Origin: Planctomycetes bacterium ADurb.Bin069
GTDB lineage: Bacteria; Planctomycetota; UBA8108; UBA8890; UBA8898
Length of the DNA stretch: 64,000 nt
Assembly: GCA_002070955.1 (NCBI GenBank)
Contig: MWEK01000007.1
Coordinates: forward strand, 78,574-142,573
Direction: 5' to 3'
Below are positions 18,234 to 27,576 of this stretch, in pieces. The number at the start of each line of letters is the position of its first letter. The first letter of the stretch is position 1. The position numbers were made by a program, and so were the translations under genes. Under the pieces are notes generated by a model that saw only the letters and a program-made list of their open reading frames with translations, searched no databases and was not told where the DNA came from.

Positions 18234-20261
18234 CTACTCCTCTTCCTTCTCCTTGTGCTCCGCCTTGGAGCGCTCCACGATCTGCTGCTGGAGGTGGGAC
18301 GGGACCACCTCGTAGCGGTCGTGCTCGATCTCGAAGGTGCCTTCGCCGCCCGTGATCGACTTGAGGTCCGCCGCGTAGTTCTGGATCTCCGCCAGGGGCA
18401 CCTGCGCCGTGATCACCGCCAAGCTGCCCTCGCTGCCGGTGTTTAGGATGCGGCCCCGCCGGCCGTTCAAGTCGCCCATGATGGTGCCCATGTACTGCTG
18501 GGGCACGGTGACCTCGAGCTTGACGAGGGGCTCCAAGAGGACGGGCCCCGCCGCGGCGAAGGCCTTCTTGAAGGCCTCGCGGCCCGCGATCTGGAAAGCG
18601 ATGTCCTTGCTGTCCACCGGGTGCGTCTTGCCGTCGACGAGGGTCACGGCGCAGTCCACGACGGGATAGCCCGCGAGGACGCCCTCGGCCATCTTGTCGC
18701 GCACACCCTTGTCCACCGATGGGCGGAACGACAGGTCGATGACGCCGCCGAAGATCTTGTCGACGAACTCGTAGCCGCTGCCGCGGGGCCGCGGCTCCAG
18801 GTCGATGAACACCCGCGCGAACTGGCCCGCGCCGCCGGTCTGCTTCTTGTGGGTGTATTCGACGTACTTGACGGTCTTGGTGACGGTCTCCAGGTACGGA
18901 ATGCGCGGCGGCTTGGTCTCCAACTCCACCTTCCGCCGCCGCTTCATGCGCTTGAGCATGGTGTTGATGTGGAAATCCGACAGGCCGCTGATCACCAGCT
19001 CCTTGGTCTGCGCCTCGAAGTGCCAGACGAAGCAGGGATCCTCGCAGGCGAGCTCGCGCACGCCGCCGGTCAGGCGCTGTTCGTCGCCGCGCGCCTTGGG
19101 CCGCACGGCGAGGGACACCAGCGGCGTCGGCAGCTTGACGACGGGCATGGCGACGCCCGCGCCGGCATCCGCGACCGTGTCGCCGGCCATCATGTCCTCG
19201 ACGCGCCCCACGGCGATGATCCGTCCGGCGCCGGCCCGCTCGATGCTCTTGGTCTCCTTGCCCTGGACGGCGAGGACGTTGCCGTACTTGTCGGTCTCGC
19301 CGGTGCGCGTGTTGGTGAAGGAGCCGTTGGTCGTCATCTCGCCGGCGAAGATCCGGATGTAGGACAGCCGCGCCAGGAAGTCGTCGGCCCACACCTTGAA
19401 CACCTGCCCCACGAGGCCGGCCGCCTTCTCGAGGGGAAGCTCCTCCTCGCCCTTGCGCATCGTCCTCGGCAGCGCGTCGGGCGGCGGCGCGACCTGCGCC
19501 AATCCGTCCAGGAGCTCGGCCAAGCCGATGGCGCCCAGCGCCGACACCACGAAAACAGGGATGACTTTCATCTCCCGGACGGCCTTGGCGAACACCCGCG
19601 CGAGGTCCTCCTCGGACACGCCGCCGTCCTCGAAATACTTCTCCAGAACCGCGTCATCGGCCTCCACGATGGCCTCGACGAGGGCGTCGCGGGCTTGCTT
19701 GACGTGCGGCGGCGCATCGTCCGCCGGATTCAGGACCGACCAGATTTTCGTGAACGCGGACGCGGCGCCGTTCGGGTAGTACAAGGGCAGCGCCCGCGCG
19801 CCGAAGGTCGCCTGGATGTCCCGGACGACGCGCTCGAAGTCGCAGTTTTCCGCATCCTGCCGGGTCACGGCGATGACGCGCGGGAGCCCCACCGCGTCCA
19901 GGGCCTTCCACACCCGCCGGCTCGTAATTTTGACGCTGCTCGCGCAGTCGATGCAGCACACGGCGCACTCGACCGCCCCCAGCACCGGGAGCGTCTGGCC
20001 CAGGAAATCGAGGGATCCGGGCGTGTCGACCAGGGTGAAATCCAGACCCTTGTGGTTCAGATTCACCACGGCGGGGAACATGCTCTTGCGCTGTTCCTTC
20101 TCCTCGGCCTCGAAGTCGCACACCGTGTTGCCCTCGACCACCGACCCCAGCCGATGGATCTGCTTCTTGTGATGGAGCAGCGCTTCGATCAGCGTGGTCT
20201 TGCCCGAGGCTTCCTGCCCGACGACGGCGATGTTCCTGATGGTGCTCGCGCCCGCAGCCAT
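18234..20261 (-). CDS. elongation factor G paralogue with degenerate GTPase motifs
   Basis: 675 aa with EF-G domain order: G domain, II, III, IV, V (e.g. ...GEGTFEIEHDRYEVVP at the C-terminus). P-loop GQEASGKT. Switch II is DTPGSLDF (Ser instead of His). G4 is TRQD instead of NKxD. Confidence 0.8.
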   Translation of the reverse strand: MAAGASTIRNIAVVGQEASGKTTLIEALLHHKKQIHRLGSVVEGNTVCDFEAEEKEQRKSMFPAVVNLNHKGLDFTLVDTPGSLDFLGQTLPVLGAVECAVCCIDCASSVKITSRRVWKALDAVGLPRVIAVTRQDAENCDFERVVRDIQATFGARALPLYYPNGAASAFTKIWSVLNPADDAPPHVKQARDALVEAIVEADDAVLEKYFEDGGVSEEDLARVFAKAVREMKVIPVFVVSALGAIGLAELLDGLAQVAPPPDALPRTMRKGEEELPLEKAAGLVGQVFKVWADDFLARLSYIRIFAGEMTTNGSFTNTRTGETDKYGNVLAVQGKETKSIERAGAGRIIAVGRVEDMMAGDTVADAGAGVAMPVVKLPTPLVSLAVRPKARGDEQRLTGGVRELACEDPCFVWHFEAQTKELVISGLSDFHINTMLKRMKRRRKVELETKPPRIPYLETVTKTVKYVEYTHKKQTGGAGQFARVFIDLEPRPRGSGYEFVDKIFGGVIDLSFRPSVDKGVRDKMAEGVLAGYPVVDCAVTLVDGKTHPVDSKDIAFQIAGREAFKKAFAAAGPVLLEPLVKLEVTVPQQYMGTIMGDLNGRRGRILNTGSEGSLAVITAQVPLAEIQNYAADLKSITGGEGTFEIEHDRYEVVPSHLQQQIVERSKAEHKEKEEE

Positions 20262-20351
20262 GCTCCGCTCCTGTCAATCTGCCCCGGCGCCCGCCCGGCG
20301 CGCGCACATCGGGCACGCCCGGCCGTCCGCCGCCGCGAAAAAGAAACCGCC

Positions 20352-20380
20352 ATAGTGCTAGAAAAAAAACCGGGTGTCAA
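20352..20380 (-). promoter_or_regulatory. sigma70-like promoter for the EF-G-like/DHS-like operon
   Basis: On the minus strand: TTGACA (20380-20375), 17 nt (contains T8), CACTAT (20357-20352). Confidence 0.4.
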
Positions 20381-20409
20381 TGCTCCGCGCCACCTGTTGC
20401 GGCTGGGCG

Positions 20410-20439
20410 TTGCGTCCGGCAGCCCCCTTCGGATATAAC
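20410..20439 (+). promoter_or_regulatory. sigma70-like promoter for the PfkB kinase-folK pair
   Basis: TTGCGT (20410-20415), 18 nt, TATAAC (20434-20439). GGAGGA Shine-Dalgarno 6 nt before ATG 20519. Confidence 0.35.
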
Positions 20440-20518
20440 AGGCAAGGCAGGCGGCACGGGGACGATCGGGGCGGAAAAAGCCCGGCGGCGCAGCCGAAGC
20501 CGCCGAGGAGGATGACCG

Positions 20519-21709
20519 ATGCCGTCGGTTGACTGTGTCTGCGCGGGCCATGTGTGCCTGGACATCACGCCCGCCATTGAGCCGAAGGCCGGAGCCGATC
20601 TGCGCGAACTGCTTATTCCGGGAAGCCTGGTGATTATCGGCGCGCCGAAGCTGTCCTCGGGCGGGCCGGTCTCCAACGTCGGCATCCCCCTGGTCAAGCT
20701 GGGCATCCGCACGGCCTTCATGGGCAAGGTGGGCGACGACCTTTTCGGCAAGGGGCTGCTGGAGCTGTTCGCGCCCTACGACGCCGACCGTTCCATGCAG
20801 GTCGTGCCCGGCGAGGTCACGTCCTACACCGTGGTCATCGCGCCGCCGGGCTACGACCGCATTTTCCTTCACAACCCCGGCGCCAACGACACCTACGGCG
20901 CCGGCGATGTGGACTTCGACCAGGTCGCCGAAGCCGCGCTCTTCCACCTCGGCTATCCGCCGCTCATGCGCCGCCTGTACGAGGACGGCGGCGATGAGGT
21001 CGCCCTGATTTTTTCCCGGGCCAAGCAGGCCGGCGCCACCACCAGTCTGGACCTCGCCTTCCCCGATCCGGCCTCCCCCGCGGGTCGGGCGCCGTGGCGG
21101 CAGATTCTGGCCAAAACCCTGCCCCACGTCGACATCTTCCTTCCGAGCTGCGAGGAACTCATGTATATGTTCGACCCGGACACCTTCCGGGCCCTCAGGA
21201 AGCGGTCCCCGGACGACCCCGTGCAGGCTTACGACGAGACGCACTTCCGCTTTCTGGCGGCGGAGGCGCTCGCCCTCGGGGCCGGCATCGTGGGCCTGAA
21301 GTCCGGCCTGCGCGGCATCTACATCGCCACGGCCTCCCAGGAGCGGCTGGACGAGTTCGGGCGGGCCGCGGCCTCCGGCGAGTTCGCCCGCCGCGAGCTC
21401 TGGCAGCCCGCCTACGAAGTCGCGGAGGTGCGCTCGGCCACCGGCGCGGGCGACAACGCCATCGCGGGGTTCCTGGCGGGGTTCATCAAGGGGCTGGGGC
21501 CGGCCGACTGCCTGCACGCCGCCGCCATGGCCGGCGCCGACAACGTCAAGGAATTGGACGCGACCAGCGGCGTGCGCGGTTGGGAGGAAACTCTGGCGGA
21601 CATTCCGCGCCAGACGCCCGTCGATATCCGCGCGGGGGGCGAGTTCGTCTTCGACGGGCGCCTGGCGCTTTGGCGCGGCTCGCGCGACGGCGCCGGCGTG
21701 CGCCGCTGA
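20519..21709 (+). CDS. PfkB-family carbohydrate/ribokinase-like kinase
   Basis: 396 aa. C-terminal PfkB signature context ATGAGDNAIAGFLAG. N-terminal GGPVSNVG region. Confidence 0.75.
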   Translation: MPSVDCVCAGHVCLDITPAIEPKAGADLRELLIPGSLVIIGAPKLSSGGPVSNVGIPLVKLGIRTAFMGKVGDDLFGKGLLELFAPYDADRSMQVVPGEVTSYTVVIAPPGYDRIFLHNPGANDTYGAGDVDFDQVAEAALFHLGYPPLMRRLYEDGGDEVALIFSRAKQAGATTSLDLAFPDPASPAGRAPWRQILAKTLPHVDIFLPSCEELMYMFDPDTFRALRKRSPDDPVQAYDETHFRFLAAEALALGAGIVGLKSGLRGIYIATASQERLDEFGRAAASGEFARRELWQPAYEVAEVRSATGAGDNAIAGFLAGFIKGLGPADCLHAAAMAGADNVKELDATSGVRGWEETLADIPRQTPVDIRAGGEFVFDGRLALWRGSRDGAGVRR

Positions 21710-21721
21710 GCGCGGAGGCCT

Positions 21722-22225
21722 ATGCTGTTTCACCTGAACCTCGGGAGCAACATCGAGCCGCGGCAGGAGCATCTGCGCGGCGCGCTCGTGCTGATCGAGC
21801 AGATTCCCAGGGTCGCCGTCACGGGGTGCTCGCGCATTTACGCCACGGCGGCCGTGGATATGAGCGAACCAGCCGGACCGTTCCTCAACTGCTGCGCCGC
21901 GGTGAGGACGCCGCTGCGCGCCGAGGCGCTCCTGGAGCGCCTCAAGGAAATCGAGCGCCTGATGGGCCGGCCGGCAGCCAGCAAGAACGCCTGCGTCTCG
22001 CGCATCATCGACATCGACATCGTCCTGGCCGAGCACCTGGTCCTGGAGAGCCCCGAGCTGACGATCCCCCACCCGGAGCTGGCGCGCCGCTCGTTCTTCC
22101 TCTGGCCGCTCCTGGAACTCTGCCCGGGCGCCGCCGATCCGCGCACCGGGCGGCCGCTGCGGCGCTTCCTGGCGGCCGAGGTGGTCCCGCCCATCCTGGA
22201 GACCATGCCGGCGCCTCTGCCGTGA
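21722..22225 (+). CDS. folK: 2-amino-4-hydroxy-6-hydroxymethyldihydropteridine diphosphokinase (HPPK)
   Basis: 167 aa. N-terminal LNLGSNIEPR..L, IIDIDIVL, and LTIPHPELARRSFFLWPLLEL, all typical of HPPK. Confidence 0.8.
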   Translation: MLFHLNLGSNIEPRQEHLRGALVLIEQIPRVAVTGCSRIYATAAVDMSEPAGPFLNCCAAVRTPLRAEALLERLKEIERLMGRPAASKNACVSRIIDIDIVLAEHLVLESPELTIPHPELARRSFFLWPLLELCPGAADPRTGRPLRRFLAAEVVPPILETMPAPLP

Positions 22226-22260
22226 GGCGCGGCGCGCGCCCGCCGGCGGCCGCCGCGAGA

Positions 22261-23025
22261 TCACGGAGCCTGCGGGCCGCCCGCCCGCGCTCCGAGCCCC
22301 ACGAACAGCGCCAGCAGGATGCCGCAGGCCACCGAGACGTTGAGGGACTCGACCGCGTCGCTCCCGGGAATCCTCACCAGCCGATCGCACGCGGCGCGCA
22401 CGGCCGGGCTCATTCCGCCGCGCTCGCTTCCCATGATCAACACCGTGGGCGCCGTTTCGGGGACGGCGCCGGTCAGGTCCTTGCCGAAGACATCGGTGCC
22501 CACCACCGCGAACCCCTTGCGCTTGAGGCCGGCCAAGAGCGGCACGATCTCGTCGGCGCGGTACAACTCGACATGCTCCGCGCCGCCCTGCGAAGTGCGC
22601 ATCACCGCCGGGCTCAGCTTGCGCGGCGACTCGTCGCCGGCCAGGACGACCGTGGAGGCTCCAAAGAAAGCGCACGATCTCAGCATGGCGCCGAGATTGT
22701 GCGGGTTGGCCACGGATTCGAGCACCAGCACGAAGGCATCGGGACGGACCGGCGCCCGGGCGAGGTCTTCGGCGGGCAAGACGGGCTTCTCGTCGGCGAG
22801 AATCACGACGCCCTCGTGGTGCGGCGTGCCCGCTGCCTTGGCGAGCTCGGCCTCCTGGATGGTGCGGTACGGCAGGCGCCGCGCGGCAGCCCATGAAAGG
22901 ATGTGTCCGAGGAGCTTCTGCTTGTCCGCCGCGATCAGAATCCTGCGGATGGCGTCCGGCCGCCGCTCGAACAGCGCCAGACACGCGTGCCAGCCGCACA
23001 CCGCCATGGGACGCGCGTGAGTCAT
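22261..23025 (-). CDS. TrmH/SpoU-family RNA 2'-O-methyltransferase
   Basis: SpoU motifs LESVANPHNLGAMLRSCAFFG, VLIMGSERGGMS and IPGSDAVESLNVSVACGILL. Start moved to ATG 23025, which has AAGGAG 8 nt upstream. The track start 23274 adds an implausible Arg/Gly leader. Confidence 0.8.
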   Translation of the reverse strand: MTHARPMAVCGWHACLALFERRPDAIRRILIAADKQKLLGHILSWAAARRLPYRTIQEAELAKAAGTPHHEGVVILADEKPVLPAEDLARAPVRPDAFVLVLESVANPHNLGAMLRSCAFFGASTVVLAGDESPRKLSPAVMRTSQGGAEHVELYRADEIVPLLAGLKRKGFAVVGTDVFGKDLTGAVPETAPTVLIMGSERGGMSPAVRAACDRLVRIPGSDAVESLNVSVACGILLALFVGLGARAGGPQAP

Positions 23026-23262
23026 GGACGCCGCTCCTTGTCCTTGAGTGCCGCCTCCGCCGCGCGAGTCCTTGCGCGGCAGGCCTTGATTAGGCCGCCA
23101 TTCTGCCGCAACGCGCGGGATTTCGCCAGCGTGTTCCGGGATCCGCGCCGATCCGCTCCACCGGGGGGCGCTTTCTTGACGATACCGATGCTGCGGAAGG
23201 TTTGCAGCGCGCGCATAATTCCGGTAATCTAGGACCTCAGACATGCGCGAGGAGGACCTTGT

Positions 23263-24288
23263 ATGTGCATGCATGTCCTGTTGAGCCTGTGGCTCTGCGG
23301 CGTCCCCCAGGCTCCCGGCGTCGACCGCGGCGAGCTCGAGCGCTGCATCGATGTCTTTCTAGGCGGCGACGCCGCCAAGGGCGCCGGTGCGCTGCAGATC
23401 CTCTACCGGCATCCCCAGCCCGCGAGGGACGCCATCGATGACCGGATCGAGGACATGGATGACCCCGGGGTCAAGCAGCGCCTCACGGCCCTCAGGCAGC
23501 GCGTGCTCCAGGTCGGGCTGGCGCGCACGATCTTCCAGCGGGTGCAGACCGGTCTCACCTTCAGCGGGCAATGGACCGACCTGGCGCAGTACGACCCCGA
23601 GGTCGGCGGGCTCCTAATGGATCTCGCGCGCAATCCGCAGATCGACGAGGGGCCCATGCAGGCCGTGCGCGAGTCGGCGTTCCAAGCCATCCGCGAAGGC
23701 GCGCTGCACGCCATTGCCGACCTGAAACTGACGGCGCTCCTGCCCGATCTGAAGGCCCTCACCGAGGACGTGCTGAACGAGGACTGGCTCATCGAGGGCG
23801 CCGGCATGGCGATGGCCGAACTGGGCGACCGCTCCTGGATCGACCGCCGCCTCGAGGCCCTCGGGAAGACGCTGGCCGAGGCGGCGACCGATGTGCCGCG
23901 CCGATACGCGGTCCAAAAACTCCTCTCGCGCTACTACTACCGCTTGAACGAGTACGCTCGAGCCCTCGAAGCCTACGAAGCCACGGCGGCGATCCTCGAG
24001 GCCCGGGCGGCGACGCTCACGGGCCGCGACGCCCGCGTGCTCAAGCGCATGCTCTGGCTGACCTGCTACAACGCGGCCTGCTCCGCCTCCAAGGCCGGCT
24101 CCATGGACGCCGTCTTCCAGTACCTGGACCGGACGCTCAAGGCCGACTCCTCCGCGGCGGCCGTCCAGGAGCTCGCCGCCAACATCCGCGAGGACGGCGA
24201 TCTGAAGGAGGCGCGCAAGGACCCGCGCTACCGCGATTTCGCCGGCCGCCTCCGGCGCCTCCTTGCCGGGCAGGGCGACAAGCTCTAG
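23263..24288 (+). CDS. hypothetical helical-repeat (HEAT/TPR-like) protein, first gene of the hypF-hypE operon
   Basis: 341 aa. GGAGGA lies 6 nt before the ATG. Hydrophobic N-terminus MCMHVLLSLWLCGV, then all-helical repeats. Its stop is 3 nt before the hypF ATG. Confidence 0.6.
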   Translation: MCMHVLLSLWLCGVPQAPGVDRGELERCIDVFLGGDAAKGAGALQILYRHPQPARDAIDDRIEDMDDPGVKQRLTALRQRVLQVGLARTIFQRVQTGLTFSGQWTDLAQYDPEVGGLLMDLARNPQIDEGPMQAVRESAFQAIREGALHAIADLKLTALLPDLKALTEDVLNEDWLIEGAGMAMAELGDRSWIDRRLEALGKTLAEAATDVPRRYAVQKLLSRYYYRLNEYARALEAYEATAAILEARAATLTGRDARVLKRMLWLTCYNAACSASKAGSMDAVFQYLDRTLKADSSAAAVQELAANIREDGDLKEARKDPRYRDFAGRLRRLLAGQGDKL

Positions 24289-24291
24289 CGC

Positions 24292-26556
24292 ATGCCGCGC
24301 GCCAGGTGGAGAATCCGGGTCGCGGGCATCGTTCAAGGCGTCGGATTTCGCCCCACGGTCTGGCGCTACGCGACGGCCCTCGACCTGGGCGGATCCGTCC
24401 GTAACGAGGGCGCCGACGTCCTCATCGACGTGGAAGGCGAGGCGCCCGCCCTCGCGCGCCTGCGCGCGCTGTTGGAGCGCGCCCCCCCGCCGCGGGCGCG
24501 CATCGCGTCGATCGCCTGCGAGGAGGCTCCGCCCCGCGGCGCCGAAGGCTTCGCCATCGAGCCCTCGGCCGATGCTCCCGCGCGGCGCCACATTGCCCCG
24601 GACATGGCGACCTGCCCCGACTGTCTGGCCGAGATTCGCGATCCTTCCGCGCGCCGATCGGGCTATCCCTTCGCCAACTGCACGAACTGCGGCCCGCGAT
24701 ACACGATCATCGCCGATCTGCCCTACGACCGCGTCCGGACGTCGATGGCCGCCTTCGTCATGTGCGCCGACTGTCTCCGGGAGTACGAAGACCCTTCCGA
24801 CCGGCGTTTTCACGCCCAACCCATCGCCTGCCCCCGCTGCGGGCCCGCGCTCAAGTTCACCGGCGCGGGTCCGGAGGTTCGCGGCGCCGAGGCGCTCGCC
24901 CGCGCGGTGGCGGCGCTCCTCGCGGGGCGGATTCTGGCCGTCAAGGGCCTGGGAGGCTATCACCTGGCCTGCGCCGCCGAGAACGGCGCGGCCGTCGCGC
25001 GCCTCAGGCAACGCAAGGGCCGCGGGAGGAAACCCTTCGCGGTAATGGCGCCCGACCTCGCCTGGGCCGAGCGCCTGGCGGAGGTGGACCCCGCCGCGCG
25101 CGCGCTCCTCGCCGGACCGGAGCGCCCCATCGTCATCCTGCCTCGCAAGGACGGCTGCGGCCTGCCCGAGGACCTGGCGCCCGGCTTGCGGCGCATCGGC
25201 CTCTTCCTCCCTTACACGCCGCTCCACGAGCTGCTGTGCTCCGGCGCCGGCCGCCCCCTCGTCATGACCAGCGGCAACCTCTCCGACGATCCCATTGCCT
25301 GCGCCGATGAGGATGCGGCCGCGCGCCTCGGGCGCATCGCCGATGCGTTCCTCGTGCACGATCGTCCCATCCTCCGGCGCTGCGAGGACTCCGTCGTCGC
25401 CTCCGCCGGCGGGCGGAGCGTCGTCTTCCGCCGCGCGCGCGGGTATGCGCCCGCGCCCCTGGCCGTCAAGCGCGCCGCCGGCGCGACGATCCTGGCGGTG
25501 GGCGGCGATCTGAAGAACACCTTCTGCCTGCTCGCGGGCCGGCACGCCTTCGTGAGCCCGCACTTGGGCGAACTCCGGCACCTGGCGGCCTTCGAACAGT
25601 TCCGGCGCGACATCGCCGACGTCGAGCGCCTGCTCGACGCGCGGCCGGACGCCGTGGCGTGCGATCTGCATCCGGACTACCTGACGACCGCCTATGCCCG
25701 CGAACGGGGGCTTCCGGTCGTGGGCGTCCAGCACCACCACGCCCACATCGCGGCCTGCCTCGCCGAGCACGGCGAAGAAGGCCCGGTGATCGGCGTGGCC
25801 TTCGACGGCCTCGGCATGGGCTTGGAGGGCGAACTGTGGGGCGGAGAGTTCCTCGTCGCCTCGCTGGGCGGGTTCCGGCGCGCGGGGCGCCTCGCGCCGC
25901 TGCTCCTGCCAGGCGGCGAGAAGGCCGAGCGCGAGGCCTGGCGCGTCGCCGTGGCCTGCCTAGCCGCGGCGGCGCCCGGGGCCCTGGCGGAGTGGATCGC
26001 GGCCGAGGCCGGCGCGCGCAATGCCGCCGGGATCGAGGAGCTTATCGCCCGGGATGTCAACTGCCCGCGGGTCTCGTCCGCGGGACGCCTCTTCGACGCG
26101 GTGGCGGCGGTCGCCGGCGTCTGCCTCGAAAGCAGCTACGAGGGCGAAGCGGCCATGCGCCTGGAAGACCTGGCGCGCGGCGACGCGCTCGGGCCGGATT
26201 ACGAGCTGCCGCTGGATTGCGCGCCACGTCCCTACCTTCTGGGCTGGAAGCCGCTCATCGCCCGCGTCTGGGAAGACCGCCGCCGCGGCATTCCCGTCGA
26301 AGCCATCGCCGCGCGTTTTCACCGCGGCCTGGCCGCCGCCATCGCCGCCATGTGCGCCCGCATCCGCGACGATACGGGACTTCCCGCCGTGGCGCTCTCA
26401 GGCGGCGTGTTCCACAATAGCGTCCTGACCGCGATGTGCGTCCGGCTGCTCCGGTCCCGGGGGTTCCGCGTGCTCGAGCACCGCGACTTCCCGCCGGGGG
26501 ACGGCGGCCTCAGCCTGGGGCAGGCGCTCATCGCCGACCGGAAACTCGCGCAATGA
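24292..26556 (+). CDS. hypF: [NiFe]-hydrogenase maturation carbamoyltransferase HypF
   Basis: Acylphosphatase-like N-terminus RIRVAGIVQGVGFRPTVWRYA. Two zinc-finger pairs (CPDCLAEI..CTNCGPRYTII; CADCLREY..CPRCGP). YrdC-like ILAVKGLGGYHLAC. Kae1-like C-terminal half. Confidence 0.9.
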   Translation: MPRARWRIRVAGIVQGVGFRPTVWRYATALDLGGSVRNEGADVLIDVEGEAPALARLRALLERAPPPRARIASIACEEAPPRGAEGFAIEPSADAPARRHIAPDMATCPDCLAEIRDPSARRSGYPFANCTNCGPRYTIIADLPYDRVRTSMAAFVMCADCLREYEDPSDRRFHAQPIACPRCGPALKFTGAGPEVRGAEALARAVAALLAGRILAVKGLGGYHLACAAENGAAVARLRQRKGRGRKPFAVMAPDLAWAERLAEVDPAARALLAGPERPIVILPRKDGCGLPEDLAPGLRRIGLFLPYTPLHELLCSGAGRPLVMTSGNLSDDPIACADEDAAARLGRIADAFLVHDRPILRRCEDSVVASAGGRSVVFRRARGYAPAPLAVKRAAGATILAVGGDLKNTFCLLAGRHAFVSPHLGELRHLAAFEQFRRDIADVERLLDARPDAVACDLHPDYLTTAYARERGLPVVGVQHHHAHIAACLAEHGEEGPVIGVAFDGLGMGLEGELWGGEFLVASLGGFRRAGRLAPLLLPGGEKAEREAWRVAVACLAAAAPGALAEWIAAEAGARNAAGIEELIARDVNCPRVSSAGRLFDAVAAVAGVCLESSYEGEAAMRLEDLARGDALGPDYELPLDCAPRPYLLGWKPLIARVWEDRRRGIPVEAIAARFHRGLAAAIAAMCARIRDDTGLPAVALSGGVFHNSVLTAMCVRLLRSRGFRVLEHRDFPPGDGGLSLGQALIADRKLAQ

Positions 26557-27560
26557 CCCCCGACGAAGTCATCCTCCTCTCCCACGGCGCCGGAGGAAAG
26601 CTCACCGCCCGCCTCATCGACTCGGTCTTTCTGCCCCGTTACGGCAACGAGATCCTGCGCCGCCTCGGCGACGGCGCCGTGCTGCCGCCGCTGGCCGGCG
26701 ACCCCGTCCTGACCACCGACGCCTACGTCGTCAGCCCGCGGTTCTTTCCGGGCGGCGACATCGGATCCCTCGCCGTGCACGGCACGGTCAACGATCTGCT
26801 CATGTGCGGCGCCGAGCCGCGCTGGCTGAGCCTCGCCTTCGTGCTCGAGGAAGGCTTCCCCTGCGAGGAACTCGCCCGCATCTGCGACTCCATCGGACGG
26901 GCGGCCGCGGGCGCGGGCGTGCTGGTCGTCACCGGCGACACCAAGGTCGTCGAGCGCGGCCGGGGCGATGGAATCTACATCGCCGCCGCGGGCGTCGGCG
27001 AACGCGTGCGGGGCCTGGAGCTCGACCCCCGCCGCGCGCGTCCCGGCGACGCGATCCTCCTGAGCGGCCCCGTCGGCCAGCACGGCGTCGCCGTGCTCGG
27101 AGCGCGCCGCGGCTTGGCCTTCACAACCCCGGTGATCAGCGATTCCCGCGCCCTCCTGCGGGAGGCGCGCGCGCTCTTCGCCTTCGGCGGCGCGCTGAGG
27201 ACCATGCACGATCCCACGCGCGGAGGCCTGGCCACCTGCCTCAACGAGATCGCCCGCGCGGCCGGAGCGCGCATCGCCATCGACGAGGACGCCGTGCCCC
27301 GCGATCCCCCCGTGGAGCAGGCCTGCGAGCTGCTCGGCATGGATCCGCTCTACATGGCCAACGAGGGCAAGCTCGTCGCCGTGGCGGCGCCCGAGGCGGC
27401 GCCGGCGATGTGCGCGGCCCTGCGCGCGGCGGGCGCCGCCGAGGCGGCGTGCATCGGCGCGGTCGTGGAGGGCAGCCCGCTGGTGGCGGCCGCGAGCCCC
27501 GCGGGCGGGGAGCGCATTCTCGATGTTCTAACGGGAGACCCCCTGCCCCGGATCTGCTGA
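26553..27560 (+). CDS. hypE: hydrogenase maturation protein HypE
   Basis: The ATG overlaps the hypF stop (ATGA at 26553-26556). PurM-like fold and a C-terminal ...DPLPRIC ending in the invariant Cys. Confidence 0.9.
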   Translation: MTPDEVILLSHGAGGKLTARLIDSVFLPRYGNEILRRLGDGAVLPPLAGDPVLTTDAYVVSPRFFPGGDIGSLAVHGTVNDLLMCGAEPRWLSLAFVLEEGFPCEELARICDSIGRAAAGAGVLVVTGDTKVVERGRGDGIYIAAAGVGERVRGLELDPRRARPGDAILLSGPVGQHGVAVLGARRGLAFTTPVISDSRALLREARALFAFGGALRTMHDPTRGGLATCLNEIARAAGARIAIDEDAVPRDPPVEQACELLGMDPLYMANEGKLVAVAAPEAAPAMCAALRAAGAAEAACIGAVVEGSPLVAAASPAGGERILDVLTGDPLPRIC

Positions 27561-27576
27561 ACGCCCGGCGCGGCGG

